Notes under the pieces: generated by a model | What the model was told of the DNA's origin: nothing | Database searches by the model: none | The model's input: only the letters and a program-made list of their open reading frames with translations | Shown here: positions 25,755-35,794 of the stretch, in pieces | Layout of the letters: every line of letters begins with the position of its first letter | Position numbering within the stretch: position 1 is the stretch's first letter | Assembly: GCA_022736595.1 (NCBI GenBank) | Contig: DZDC01000003.1 | Span: forward strand, 1-40,593 | DNA: 40,593 nt | Source: Draconibacterium orientale | GTDB taxonomy: Bacteria; Bacteroidota; Bacteroidia; Bacteroidales; UBA1556 | Reading direction: 5' to 3' | Made by a program: the position numbers and the translations under genes

Positions 25755-27386
25755 TTAATTCGGTATGGAGAACATTCGTGAAAAACGAATCTTACCGTTG
25801 GTAATTGATCGATCCTTATCCATTGACAACCAAATAAATGCAGGACTTCCCACAATATGATCCTCAGGTACAAAACCCCAATATCTGCTGTCGGCTGAGT
25901 TGTGACGATTGTCGCCCATCATCCAATAATAATTCATTTTAAAGGTATAATGAGTTGCAGGTTTATTATTGATCAGTATTTGATTGTTTAGAATCTGAAG
26001 GCTGTTGTTTTCGTATTTTTCAATAATTCGACGATAAAGAGGGAGGTTAGTAAGATTGATTTCAATGCTTGCACCAGCTTTAGGAATATAAATGGGACCA
26101 AAATTATCTTGATTCCATGGGTAGTTGATTCCATCATAAGGAAAAATATCATCTGAAACTATTCCTTTTTTAAAGGTTAATTTTTCGAGACGTTCCACAT
26201 TAGGATGGTTTTTAAGCTTTGCATACACTTCATTGGATATGTTGATTACCGAAAGGCGACCTATTTGTTCTTTTGTAAAAGCACTGTCGCAAGTGGAGTA
26301 GGGAAGGTAATAGTTCAACATTTCGTTTCTATAGTTGTCGCTTCGAGCAAAATTATAATAGGTTTCTATTTCTTCCATCGAAAGTCCAAGCTCTTGTAAT
26401 TCATTGCCGGTAAGGCTATTGTTTTTACCAACGATAAAATATTGGGTTTGATATCCTTCTTTAGTTTCAGCCTTCTTTCCATTAATATATACATCTTGGT
26501 TGATGATTTGTAAGGAATCTCCTGCAATTCCAATACATCTTTTAATATAGTTTTCACGCTTATCAACGGGTCTGGCAACCACAGGTCCAAAAGGAATTTG
26601 TGTTTGAGGATTGATTGCAGTGGGAGTATTTACCATGCTCCAGCCAAATCGGCGTACTAAGGTATAATAACTTTGGTTTTGATGATTAAGTGAAACGGTA
26701 TCTCCATCAGGATAATTAAATACGACAATGTCATTATTCTTAATTTCTCTAAAGCCACCAAAGCGATAGTAAGGCAATTTGATCCATTCTACGTAGGATT
26801 TGGCAGTTGCACTCAAAGGCATAGTATGATGTACAAAGGGAAAAGCAATGGGCGTATTAGGAACCTTGGGGCCAAAGCTAAGTTTGCTAACAAAAAGATA
26901 ATCGCCTACCAACATAGATTTTTCCATGGATGGAGTCGGAATAGTGTATGCTTCAAAGATAAAGGTGCGAATGATGGTAGCGGCAAAAACAGCAAAAACG
27001 ATGGCATCTGTCCATTCGCGAACTTTAGTTTTCTTAAATTCAGGTCGTTGACTCTTAATTTGATATTTTTCGTCTTTACTAAATCCAAGATAAGGGATGT
27101 AGGCAAAAGGAAAAACTGCTGCAAGGGCTTGTTCCCAGAGTAAGTTTTTATTGAATGTTTTTGCAGTTTCAACTATAAAAAGAAAAAACATAAATACATT
27201 GATATAGGGCAAAAAAGCGAAAATGATCCACCAAATCGGCTTTTCAATTACTTTTAACCAAATATAGGCATTATAAAACGGGATAAGTGCAAAATAGGAT
27301 TTGTATCCTGCTTTTTCAAATATTTTCATCAACCCAACTAAAGTTGGAATTAGAATGAGGGTGGTAATGATTGCGATGAGAGTCAT
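25755..27386 (-). CDS. lepB: Signal peptidase I with N-terminal multi-TM extension
   Basis: 543 aa with the catalytic boxes IPTPSMEKSMLVGDYLFVSK, YIKRCIGIAGD and GDNRHNSADSRYWGFVP. The N-terminal roughly 100 aa form extra TM helices, as in other Bacteroidota LepB proteins. Confidence 0.92.
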   Translation of the reverse strand: MTLIAIITTLILIPTLVGLMKIFEKAGYKSYFALIPFYNAYIWLKVIEKPIWWIIFAFLPYINVFMFFLFIVETAKTFNKNLLWEQALAAVFPFAYIPYLGFSKDEKYQIKSQRPEFKKTKVREWTDAIVFAVFAATIIRTFIFEAYTIPTPSMEKSMLVGDYLFVSKLSFGPKVPNTPIAFPFVHHTMPLSATAKSYVEWIKLPYYRFGGFREIKNNDIVVFNYPDGDTVSLNHQNQSYYTLVRRFGWSMVNTPTAINPQTQIPFGPVVARPVDKRENYIKRCIGIAGDSLQIINQDVYINGKKAETKEGYQTQYFIVGKNNSLTGNELQELGLSMEEIETYYNFARSDNYRNEMLNYYLPYSTCDSAFTKEQIGRLSVINISNEVYAKLKNHPNVERLEKLTFKKGIVSDDIFPYDGINYPWNQDNFGPIYIPKAGASIEINLTNLPLYRRIIEKYENNSLQILNNQILINNKPATHYTFKMNYYWMMGDNRHNSADSRYWGFVPEDHIVGSPAFIWLSMDKDRSITNGKIRFSRMFSIPN

Positions 27387-27456
27387 GCTGTGTATTTTTA
27401 AGGTTGCAAAGGTAAATACTTAATTGTATGTTGGTTGGCGTTAAGTTTAAGGATTG

Positions 27457-28185
27457 TTAAAAGAATACTTCGGTAAAATTAAACCAGCCTTTTTTGTCAT
27501 AAATCCATTCTGCTGCTTCAATGGCTCCGATGGCAAATCCTTTCCGATTGTGGGCTATATGGCTAATAACCAAATCATCAATTTCTGATTGGTATCGCAC
27601 ATGATGGGTCCCCGGGGTTGCATCGATACGCAAGGCTTCAATTTTTAATTGGTCTGGAGCGGAATTTTCTTCCAAAGTCCATTGATTTTTTCGGTCTAAA
27701 TTCTCAATTATTTGTTGTGCTAAACTTACCGCTGTACCACTTGGGGCATCCAACTTGGCTGTGTGATGGATTTCTTCAATGCTCACTTCGTAGCCTTCAT
27801 AGACATTCATCCATTGTGCCAATTGTTGGTTAAGTTTAAAAAGAAGATTTACTCCAATGCTAAAATTGCTTCCCCACATTAATGCTTGCCCCTTGCTGAT
27901 GCACCATTGCTTCAACCGATCCTGATCGTGCTGCCATGCTGTGGTGCCAACAATAATGGGAAGGTTGAGTTCAAAGCAATGTTCAATATTTTGAACCGCA
28001 GAGGCCGGTGTTGAAAACTCAATGGCTACATGGGCAGTTTTTAGAGAGGCTGCCTGCAGCAACCAATCTTCTTCTTTATCGATCCGTGCCACAATACGAT
28101 GCCCCTTTTTTAAACTCATTTCTTCAATAAGTTTTCCCATTTTTCCATAACCCAGGAGTGCAATATTCAGTGATGTATTGTTCAT
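27457..28185 (-). CDS. dapB: 4-hydroxy-tetrahydrodipicolinate reductase
   Basis: 242 aa with the motifs GYGKMG, EFSTP and EEIHHTAKLDAPSGTA. Confidence 0.93.
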   Translation of the reverse strand: MNNTSLNIALLGYGKMGKLIEEMSLKKGHRIVARIDKEEDWLLQAASLKTAHVAIEFSTPASAVQNIEHCFELNLPIIVGTTAWQHDQDRLKQWCISKGQALMWGSNFSIGVNLLFKLNQQLAQWMNVYEGYEVSIEEIHHTAKLDAPSGTAVSLAQQIIENLDRKNQWTLEENSAPDQLKIEALRIDATPGTHHVRYQSEIDDLVISHIAHNRKGFAIGAIEAAEWIYDKKGWFNFTEVFF

Positions 28186-28198
28186 ATTTTTTAGGTCG

Positions 28199-28783
28199 TT
28201 AAAAATGTAAAGTTAAACAGATGCCCGTGGAGGCAGTTTTGCTATAGGGAGAATAAATTTGAACTTGAGGTTTCAGATTGAGGCTTAAATCGTTGCTGAT
28301 ATCGTAGGTGAAAAAATGAGCATCTACAACTGCATCTAGCACGTTCAGAGTATAAAGAGCCCCTATTAGAATGATAGATAAATCGCGATTTTTCCAGTAC
28401 ATATTTTTTATAAGACGTAAATTTTCTGCACTATACTGAGGAAAATCAGTGTCATTGTTGAGATTGTTATCGAGGCGTTTGCTGTAAGCATCCCTATAAG
28501 TCACATAATTTTTTTGATTGTCAATAATAAAATAAGTTAGGGTGCCAAAACCGGCATAGAGTATGGGTAATTTCCAGTATTTTTTATTGTAAGCCTGCCC
28601 CAGTCCTGGTAGTAGTGCTGAATAGAGGGCCGCTTTTTTAGGCGAATGATTGAGGTCAGGGAGGGTTATTGGGGATGCAGTTTCAATTTTAATAGAATCG
28701 CTAATCTCCTGAGCATTAAGACTATTGCTATTAGCAAACATCAATACCAAAAACAGAAACATCAATGGTAAGGGATAATTCAT
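28199..28783 (-). CDS. DUF5683-like membrane protein
   Basis: 194 aa with a signal peptide, the motif SALLPGLGQAYNKKYWKLPILY, and the conserved position between parB and dapB seen in Bacteroidota. The family name is from memory. Confidence 0.7.
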   Translation of the reverse strand: MNYPLPLMFLFLVLMFANSNSLNAQEISDSIKIETASPITLPDLNHSPKKAALYSALLPGLGQAYNKKYWKLPILYAGFGTLTYFIIDNQKNYVTYRDAYSKRLDNNLNNDTDFPQYSAENLRLIKNMYWKNRDLSIILIGALYTLNVLDAVVDAHFFTYDISNDLSLNLKPQVQIYSPYSKTASTGICLTLHF

Positions 28784-28849
28784 TGCAAAGTTTAATACTT
28801 AGGTTTGGTAATTTAAAACGGTTAAAAAATAAGAAATCGTACAACAAAA

Positions 28850-29743
28850 CTAATTTTGTAAAAGCTTTTGTAGTATTTGATCCAGTTGTTGGTCGCTTGT
28901 AAATGGAATGCTGATACTTCCTTTGCCTTTAGGATTACGTTTGATTTCTGTATTTTTACCTAACTCTTTTTTAAGCTTATTATTATATTGTTGATATTTA
29001 AAAGGTAAGCTGGTTTTTGAACTGCTTTCGATTTTTGATTTTTTATTCCGAAGGTTACGCACCAATTCTTCAACTTGCCTAACTGAAAGCGATTTTTTAA
29101 GAATTTCATCCACCACAAAGAGTTGGTCTGCCTCACTATCGAGGTTGATGATTGCTCTTGCATGACCCATGGATAATAGGTTTTCTCGTAAAGCAAGTTG
29201 AACACTTTCAGGTAGTTTTAAGAGTCGAAGATAGTTGTTGATGGTGGTAAAGTTTTTGCCAACTCGTTCGGCCAAACCTTCCAAATTATGACCGCAATCT
29301 TGAATGAGATGTTGATAGCTTAACGCAATTTCTAATGAGTTAAGATCTTGACGTTGAATATTTTCAACTAATGCAAGTTCTAACGAAAGGGCATCATTTG
29401 CTTCTCTTACAAACGCTGGAATGGCAGTTAACCCAGCAAGTTGGGATGCTCTTAAACGGCGTTCCCCACTGATTACTTCAAATTGTTTGTCGGCAATTTT
29501 TCGTACTGTGATAGGTTGAATAATCCCTAAACTTTTAATGGATTCAGCAAGCTCATTTAAACTTGTAGAATCAAAGTCTTTGCGGGGTTGGTCGGGATTT
29601 GCCTTTATGGTTTCAATTTCTATCTCATAAATGCCGCCGTTATCCATACTTTTAAATGCATTGGATCGACTTCCTAAACCTGTATTGTTACTGTCGAGCA
29701 AAGCGCCTAATCCTCTGCCTAATGCTTTTTTTTGTTCGCTCAT
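28850..29743 (-). CDS. parB: Chromosome partitioning protein ParB
   Basis: 297 aa with the motifs GIIQPITVR and GERRLRAS plus an HTH region. It overlaps parA by 4 nt (ATGA). Confidence 0.93.
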   Translation of the reverse strand: MSEQKKALGRGLGALLDSNNTGLGSRSNAFKSMDNGGIYEIEIETIKANPDQPRKDFDSTSLNELAESIKSLGIIQPITVRKIADKQFEVISGERRLRASQLAGLTAIPAFVREANDALSLELALVENIQRQDLNSLEIALSYQHLIQDCGHNLEGLAERVGKNFTTINNYLRLLKLPESVQLALRENLLSMGHARAIINLDSEADQLFVVDEILKKSLSVRQVEELVRNLRNKKSKIESSSKTSLPFKYQQYNNKLKKELGKNTEIKRNPKGKGSISIPFTSDQQLDQILQKLLQN

Positions 29744-30543
29744 ATTTCTATGGTTTTGTCTTTGTTCGATATTTTGGTTAAATCGTTACGCTGTAATATT
29801 TCTCTGGCTAAATTTATATAGTTACTTGAACCTGAGCTGTTAATATCGTACATCATGATGGGTTGACCGTAGCTAGGCGCTTCTCCAAGACGCGTATTAT
29901 TATGAATGATGGTTTCAAAAACAATTTGTTCAAAATGAAGTCTTACATCTTGTACAACCTGTTTTGAGAGTCGTGTACGTGGATCGAACATGGTGAGAAG
30001 AATGCCTTCAATATCCAATTGATTATTCAATCGATCTTGTACTATTCGTATGGTGTTGAGTAGTTTACCTAAACCTTCCAAGGCAAAATATTGACATTGA
30101 ACGGGTATTATTACCGAGTTGGCTGCAGTAAGGGAGTTGATGGTAATAAGGCCTAGGGAAGGAGAACAGTCTATAATCACAAAGTCATAATCGTCTTTGA
30201 TGGTATCGATTACCTTACGCATCATCATTTCTCGATTAGGCAAGTTTATCATTTCAATTTCTGCTCCAACCAAGTCAATATGAGCGGGTAAAAGGTCAAG
30301 CCCGGGGGTTTCAGTTTTGAGTATGATGTCTTTAGCTTTTACCTCATCAATGATACACTCGTAAATACTGGTTTTAATATTTTTTGGATCGAAGCCCACT
30401 CCTGAAGTTGCGTTAGCTTGAGGGTCGGCATCTATTAGCAGTGTTTTATATTCTAAAATGGCCAATCCGGCACTAAGATTAATTGCGGTGGTAGTTTTCC
30501 CAACTCCGCCTTTTTGATTTGCTATTGCAATTACTTTTCCCAT
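29740..30543 (-). CDS. parA: Chromosome partitioning ATPase ParA/Soj
   Basis: 267 aa with the deviant Walker A KVIAIANQKGGVGKTT. Confidence 0.95.
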   Translation of the reverse strand: MGKVIAIANQKGGVGKTTTAINLSAGLAILEYKTLLIDADPQANATSGVGFDPKNIKTSIYECIIDEVKAKDIILKTETPGLDLLPAHIDLVGAEIEMINLPNREMMMRKVIDTIKDDYDFVIIDCSPSLGLITINSLTAANSVIIPVQCQYFALEGLGKLLNTIRIVQDRLNNQLDIEGILLTMFDPRTRLSKQVVQDVRLHFEQIVFETIIHNNTRLGEAPSYGQPIMMYDINSSGSSNYINLAREILQRNDLTKISNKDKTIEI

Positions 30544-30549
30544 AAATAA

Positions 30550-31230
30550 TTATATATTTATACTTTCTCCTATTTCGATAAATGTAAGATTAATTCCGTT
30601 GTTCTGGAATTCGCTTTTTGCTTTTTGTTGATCCACAACAATGTATCCAAATGTATCGTAATGCATGGCTATAATGTTATTGCACTCAATCCATTGACTT
30701 GCGATAATGGCTTCATTAATGCCCATTGTAAAGTTATCGCCGATGGGTAAAAGTGCAAAATCAAGTTTTACCAACATTGGAATTATTTTCATATCCATCA
30801 TAAGTCCTGTATCTCCTGCATGATAGAAATTGCCATGGTCGCTTTGGATAATGAAGCTGCCAGGGTTTCCACCAGGACTTCCATCGGGCATCACGCTGCT
30901 ATGTTGAGCGGTGAAATAAGTTAGCTTTCCAAAATCAAAATTCCAGCTCCCTCCGATATTCATAGGATGAAGTTTTGATAGCCCCTGCTTTTGGAACCAA
31001 TTGACTATTTCAAAGTTAGAAACCACTGTAGCATTGGTTCGCTGAGCAATACGCACCACATCGGCAACGTGGTCTTCATGCCCATGAGTTACCAAAATAT
31101 AATCGCATTCAATCGAATCAATATCAATATTGCTTGCTAAAGGGTTTCCGCTGATGAATGGGTCAATCAAAAGCTTGGTTTTGCCGAGGTCAATATGCCA
31201 ACAAGCATGTCCTAAATTTCTGATTCTCAT
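30550..31230 (-). CDS. Metallo-beta-lactamase-fold hydrolase (UPF0173-like)
   Basis: 226 aa with LVTHGHEDH and downstream His/Asp ligands (HAGDTG, AMHYDTF). Confidence 0.8.
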   Translation of the reverse strand: MRIRNLGHACWHIDLGKTKLLIDPFISGNPLASNIDIDSIECDYILVTHGHEDHVADVVRIAQRTNATVVSNFEIVNWFQKQGLSKLHPMNIGGSWNFDFGKLTYFTAQHSSVMPDGSPGGNPGSFIIQSDHGNFYHAGDTGLMMDMKIIPMLVKLDFALLPIGDNFTMGINEAIIASQWIECNNIIAMHYDTFGYIVVDQQKAKSEFQNNGINLTFIEIGESINI

Positions 31231-31281
31231 GGCTGATAAGTTGATATATTACGGTTAATGTCAAAAGACAAAATTAGAATT

Positions 31282-31306
31282 AAAAAAGCTGCTTTTACGG
31301 GCAGCT
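31282..31306 (-). terminator. Rho-independent terminator
   Basis: The agctgc/gcagct stem is followed on the minus strand by T6. It lies 30 nt after the stop at 31336. Confidence 0.6.
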
Positions 31307-31335
31307 TTTCAGATTATTTCAACAATTGATGGTTT

Positions 31336-31647
31336 TTAATCGTTTTGCACTTCTTCTTCACTGTATCGATCATAATTTTCATCATAACCTTGGTTTTCCA
31401 TTATGAAATTCAAAGTATCATTGAGACCTTCTTTAAACTTTCCAAAGTCTTCTTTGTAAATAAATATTTTATGCTTTTCGAAGAAGAATTTACCAGTTTC
31501 TCCATTAAAACGCTTTTTGCTTTCGGTTAGAGTTAGGTAGTATTCGCCTGATTTAGTTTCTTTTACATCAAAAAAATAGGTTCGCTTACCGGCTTTTACC
31601 TTTGTTGAGTATACCTCAGAACCATCGTTGTAATCACTCATTTCCAT
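31336..31647 (-). CDS. PUR-alpha-like nucleic-acid-binding protein (DUF3276-like)
   Basis: 103 aa with KAGKRTYFFDVKETKSGEYYLTLTESKKRF and KHKIFIYKEDF repeats typical of the family. The family name is from memory. Confidence 0.75.
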   Translation of the reverse strand: MEMSDYNDGSEVYSTKVKAGKRTYFFDVKETKSGEYYLTLTESKKRFNGETGKFFFEKHKIFIYKEDFGKFKEGLNDTLNFIMENQGYDENYDRYSEEEVQND

Positions 31648-31688
31648 ATAAATTGGCTTAAAATTAGTTTTTAGTTATAAACTTCTGG

Positions 31689-31696
31689 CAAAGATA
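31689..31696 (-). promoter_or_regulatory. -7 box TATCTTTG (minus strand) for the DUF3276-like gene
   Basis: Plus-strand caaagata lies about 42 nt upstream of the ATG at 31647. Confidence 0.4.
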
Positions 31697-31784
31697 GATT
31701 TTTAATCATTTGTAATGAGAATGATTTAAAATTCTTCATTCTTTTTAACGAATTAAATTTTATTGTTTTTAGAATCACCCTTAA

Positions 31785-32507
31785 TTATTTGAGTTCAAAG
31801 TTTTTGCCAAGATAGACTTTTCTAACTTGCTCATCATTTACTAAATCTTGAGCACTTCCCGATTTTAAAATCTGTCCTTCAAACAGCAAATAGGCTCTAT
31901 CGGTGATGCTGAGTGTTTCCCGAACGTTGTGATCGGTTATTAATATTCCGATGTTTCTTTCTTTAAGTTTTGAAACTACAGTTTGAATGTCTTCAACAGC
32001 AATCGGATCTACTCCTGCAAAAGGTTCGTCCAATAATATAAACTTTGGGTCCACTGCCAAAGCTCGTGCAATTTCAGTACGACGTCGCTCACCACCAGAG
32101 AGTGAAACTCCAAGACTTTTGCGAATATGGTTTAGATTAAACTCCTCCAACAACGACTCTAATCTTATAAGTTGTTCTTTTTTAGATAGTTTGGTAAGTT
32201 CTATTACTGATAAAATATTATCTTCCACACTCAACGACCTGAATACGGATGCTTCTTGGGCTAAATAGCCTACTCCTTGCCGTGCTCTTTGATATTGGGG
32301 CATCGTAGTCATATCGAGATCGTCAAGAAAAATTCGACCTGCCAAAGGTTTTATCAAACCTACGATCATATAAAAGGTGGTTGTCTTCCCTGCTCCATTG
32401 GGGCCAAGAAGTCCCACTATTTCTCCCTGAGAAACTTCTACGCTCACTTCATTTACAACTTTTCGCTGCTTGTAGATTTTTAATAGATTTTCGGCCCTGA
32501 GTTTCAT
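31785..32507 (-). CDS. lptB: LPS export ABC transporter ATP-binding protein LptB
   Basis: 240 aa with Walker [10 protein letters not shown], signature LSGGERRR and Walker [13 protein letters not shown]. The C-terminus VYLGKNFEL is typical of LptB. Confidence 0.88.
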   Translation of the reverse strand: MKLRAENLLKIYKQRKVVNEVSVEVSQGEIVGLLGPNGAGKTTTFYMIVGLIKPLAGRIFLDDLDMTTMPQYQRARQGVGYLAQEASVFRSLSVEDNILSVIELTKLSKKEQLIRLESLLEEFNLNHIRKSLGVSLSGGERRRTEIARALAVDPKFILLDEPFAGVDPIAVEDIQTVVSKLKERNIGILITDHNVRETLSITDRAYLLFEGQILKSGSAQDLVNDEQVRKVYLGKNFELK

Positions 32508-32521
32508 AATTTAGGTTGGTT

Positions 32522-35014
32522 TTAAAAATCAAATTTCATGGTTCCTGTAAGTCCAAAAGGTCTTACTCCTGGTTTATCAAGATAGGATAAACGCCAAGAG
32601 GCATCAATTCGTATTACTTTAAAAATATTTTCGATGGCAACTCCAACTTCGTAATAGGGTTTGGTCATAAAGGTTGTATTGGATGGAAAATTTGAGTAAT
32701 ATTGATTTTCGTGACTCATTTTCCCTATAAGAACTTTTGTATAAATGACTTCGCGCCATTTAAGTTTTCGAATCAATGGAATATGGTTAAAAAAGAGTCC
32801 TTGAAAATAGTGAGAATAGTTTGCCATGATATAATCATCGGAGATGAACTCATAGTAATACATCCGGCTAAAAGCAAAATTGTCATAGGTAAAAGTTTCA
32901 TTTCCAGGATGTATTTCAAGTAAAGGGTAGGGGAGTTGGCCCCATATTTTGCCGTAACTTAAAATAATCTTTGAAGCACCAATGCTACCTACGTTAAAAT
33001 AATCGCTATACCCAATTTGAATGCGATGGTAACCGAATTGAGAGCCAAGAAAGTTGGGTATTCCGTATGCATACCAAAAATTGATGGTGGGCGAATTGCT
33101 CCCTAAACTGGTTCTATTAAATTTGTCGGTAATGAAAACTTCTTTTAATGAGAAATGGGTAAGTAGCTCTATTTCACTGGTTATAATGTTGTTGTAAGCA
33201 GTGATATTGCCAAATTCACCCTGATCTTTGAGTAGAAATTGGATTCCAGTTAAAGGAAATATATTGCGTCGTCTGAAAGTGACAGTATTGCTTAATCCTG
33301 GAAAATATTCGTGCTCATAACTAGCCTTATATTGCTCTACCATGGTTAGTTTGTCGTTGGGGGCTCGCCTGAAAATACTGTTAATTAGATTGTCTTGTTG
33401 CAGCGAACGTACACTTTCTCCCAACTGTTCCATATCTTTTTTATATTCCACTTCAAGACTGCGCCACGGTTCACGATTTTGAACATATTTTACTCCAAGA
33501 TTATACTTAAACTCATAATCTTTGGTGCCATAGGCTATATAGGTACTTAATCTTATTTTATCATTGAGTTGGTTGCTTGTTCTTCCGCCTAACTTAAATC
33601 GGTACCCTTCAACTCCATTAAAACTGAAGAAAGTGTAATATTGACCGATTTCAAAAATCTCATTAGGAATATAACCACTCACCAAGGTTGAAATGAGTTT
33701 GTAATTTTTTTTATAAGCATCGGTTTTAAAAATGGAGTCGGTAAGAGTGTAGATGCCTTGTTCTTCTTGACTTAGAGGTTCAAACCTAACACTATCCCAA
33801 TATTCATTATTTTTTGTCCAAGCATCTTCTTTAGTAACCACGTCAACCGATTTTTTATAAGCATTTTCTTCTTGAGGTTTGTTGATGTTAAAATCTTGAT
33901 AAAGCGTGGTTTTATGTCCAAAGAAGCCTGTAATTCGTTTTGGATTTTCAGTAATATTAGCATCAATAATGAAGGCTTCACGATCCACCATCCAATATTT
34001 ATTTTCTACCAAAACAAAGGATTGCAAAACAGACATGGCATTGATAAAGTTCAGGTTCACTTCGTTAATTTTCATTTCTATGCTTTTTACCGCAAAAGTG
34101 GTGTCGGTAATCCACATCTCTCCAACAAAAGTGGGCTCTTGAAGCCTCCTTGGCTTGAACATAATTTTATAACACCACTCAGAACCTATAAAAGCACTAT
34201 CAATAAGGTAGTACTTATAGGCCCGTAAACCAAAATCAGCTATTGGACTCACAAAATGCTTATCGAAAAACTGCATGTAGTTGTCGTACAATGAAAAAGT
34301 TTGGTACAGATTGCCTGTAAATTTGGCCACACTTGAATTGTTGACTCCGGTGGCGCGAGATGCTATAATGGTTTCCTTACGTTGTTCTGGGTTTTTATTG
34401 AAGTAAACCTCCGAAATGCTTTCAGTTATAAATAATGGTAAGTAAGGTTTCCCATTGATTGTTGAAGTGTCCATATTTTCAAAAGCAAAGGCAAAGGGTT
34501 GCATTCGCCTGCTGTTTTTAAAATCATCGGTGATGTTGTTGGCGTCGATTTGAATTTTATTATAGGTTTTATATTTATATGATTCTATGCTTCTTGAATC
34601 ATTTATAGGTTTGTTTTTAATAACGTTTCTAAGAATTTTATGAGCAGGATTTTCTCCTGGAATAATTACCACTTCCGAAAGTTCAATATTGTTGGGTCGA
34701 AGTAAAATGGTAATACTTTGATAGGATTTAGCTTTTATAGGAATCCGTCGAGGTAAGTATCCAACATAAGAAACCACAATAAAACGTGATTCAACTGGTG
34801 TATTAATCGAAAATTCGCCTTCAAAGCCACTTGTACTTCCCACTTTTGTGCCCTCAAGTACAATATTAACAAAGGGTAATAGCTCTCCAGTAACGCTGTC
34901 TTTTACTATTCCATTGATTTTGGTGTTTTGCGCTTGTAATAATCCATTGAAGGCAATAAATCCCATTAATAGCGAAAGGTGAAGAAACCATAATTTTGAA
35001 TTTAATAACACCAT
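32522..35014 (-). CDS. Outer-membrane protein with N-terminal carboxypeptidase-regulatory-like domain (DUF5686-like)
   Basis: 830 aa with a signal peptide and the N-terminal motif INGIVKDSVTGELLPFVNIVLEGTKVGSTSGFEGEF. The body is long, aromatic-rich and beta-strand-like, ending in a terminal F. Confidence 0.75.
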   Translation of the reverse strand: MVLLNSKLWFLHLSLLMGFIAFNGLLQAQNTKINGIVKDSVTGELLPFVNIVLEGTKVGSTSGFEGEFSINTPVESRFIVVSYVGYLPRRIPIKAKSYQSITILLRPNNIELSEVVIIPGENPAHKILRNVIKNKPINDSRSIESYKYKTYNKIQIDANNITDDFKNSRRMQPFAFAFENMDTSTINGKPYLPLFITESISEVYFNKNPEQRKETIIASRATGVNNSSVAKFTGNLYQTFSLYDNYMQFFDKHFVSPIADFGLRAYKYYLIDSAFIGSEWCYKIMFKPRRLQEPTFVGEMWITDTTFAVKSIEMKINEVNLNFINAMSVLQSFVLVENKYWMVDREAFIIDANITENPKRITGFFGHKTTLYQDFNINKPQEENAYKKSVDVVTKEDAWTKNNEYWDSVRFEPLSQEEQGIYTLTDSIFKTDAYKKNYKLISTLVSGYIPNEIFEIGQYYTFFSFNGVEGYRFKLGGRTSNQLNDKIRLSTYIAYGTKDYEFKYNLGVKYVQNREPWRSLEVEYKKDMEQLGESVRSLQQDNLINSIFRRAPNDKLTMVEQYKASYEHEYFPGLSNTVTFRRRNIFPLTGIQFLLKDQGEFGNITAYNNIITSEIELLTHFSLKEVFITDKFNRTSLGSNSPTINFWYAYGIPNFLGSQFGYHRIQIGYSDYFNVGSIGASKIILSYGKIWGQLPYPLLEIHPGNETFTYDNFAFSRMYYYEFISDDYIMANYSHYFQGLFFNHIPLIRKLKWREVIYTKVLIGKMSHENQYYSNFPSNTTFMTKPYYEVGVAIENIFKVIRIDASWRLSYLDKPGVRPFGLTGTMKFDF

Positions 35015-35020
35015 AGTAGT

Positions 35021-35794
35021 TTATTGCGCAAATTCTTTAAGTAATATCCAAGATTTGAGTTGGTTGTAGTTTAAGAGTAGATATGTGGTGCCCGAACTAT
35101 AGGGGGCAATTTCGTATGGATTATAAATGAAAACCAATCCTTCTTTTTTAAGAAAGAAATTGGTTGAAGTAAAAAATTGTTCATCAGAAATTAAAAAACC
35201 TTGATTCTCAATATTGGAATCCAAAGGAATCGAAGATTGTGATTTTAATTCATTTAGAAGCAGTTGTGTAACTTCCTTTAAGTGGTTTGTATCGAGTACA
35301 TCTGACAATTGTAAAAAAATCATTTCAGATTTATCAAAAACTAACCCTTGGCTGAATGGATTGCCGTGTGCTCCACCTGTATAGTCATAGCCAGAAAGTT
35401 TAAAACTTACATATTCAGAGTTTTGATGGATAATCGCAATTTTTCTAATGTACGAAATCCTCGTTGATTCTTTATTTGAAGGAAATGTATTGGCAAGCTT
35501 TTTAAGGCTGTCCTTCAGCAATGTTATATTATGTGCAAAATGGCTCGAATAATTGGGGAAAAGTTGATTTTCCAATAAAGCGTTTAATTTTAATGAAATT
35601 GAATCTACAGTTTTAAAAACAGGGTAGCTCAATTCAATCTCAATCTTACCACTATCCAGTTTGTATTCGCGATAGTCGAAACTAAGGGTGTCTAAACTGG
35701 TATTAATATTTTGATTATCTGTATTTTTACATCCTGTTACAACAAAAAATGCGAACAGCGTGACGACTGAAATTTTTATAATTGCATTAGCCAT
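35021..35794 (-). CDS. Lipoprotein with DUF3298/DUF4163-like (RsiV-type) domain
   Basis: 257 aa with a lipobox-like VVTGC after the signal sequence. The YDYTGGAHGN motif is characteristic of DUF3298. Confidence 0.7.
   Translation of the reverse strand: MANAIIKISVVTLFAFFVVTGCKNTDNQNINTSLDTLSFDYREYKLDSGKIEIELSYPVFKTVDSISLKLNALLENQLFPNYSSHFAHNITLLKDSLKKLANTFPSNKESTRISYIRKIAIIHQNSEYVSFKLSGYDYTGGAHGNPFSQGLVFDKSEMIFLQLSDVLDTNHLKEVTQLLLNELKSQSSIPLDSNIENQGFLISDEQFFTSTNFFLKKEGLVFIYNPYEIAPYSSGTTYLLLNYNQLKSWILLKEFAQ

Noticed and set aside
33772-34228. ORFs of 69-118 aa overlapping the DUF5686-like gene
   Set aside because: They are nested or antisense shadow ORFs within a long, well-supported CDS.
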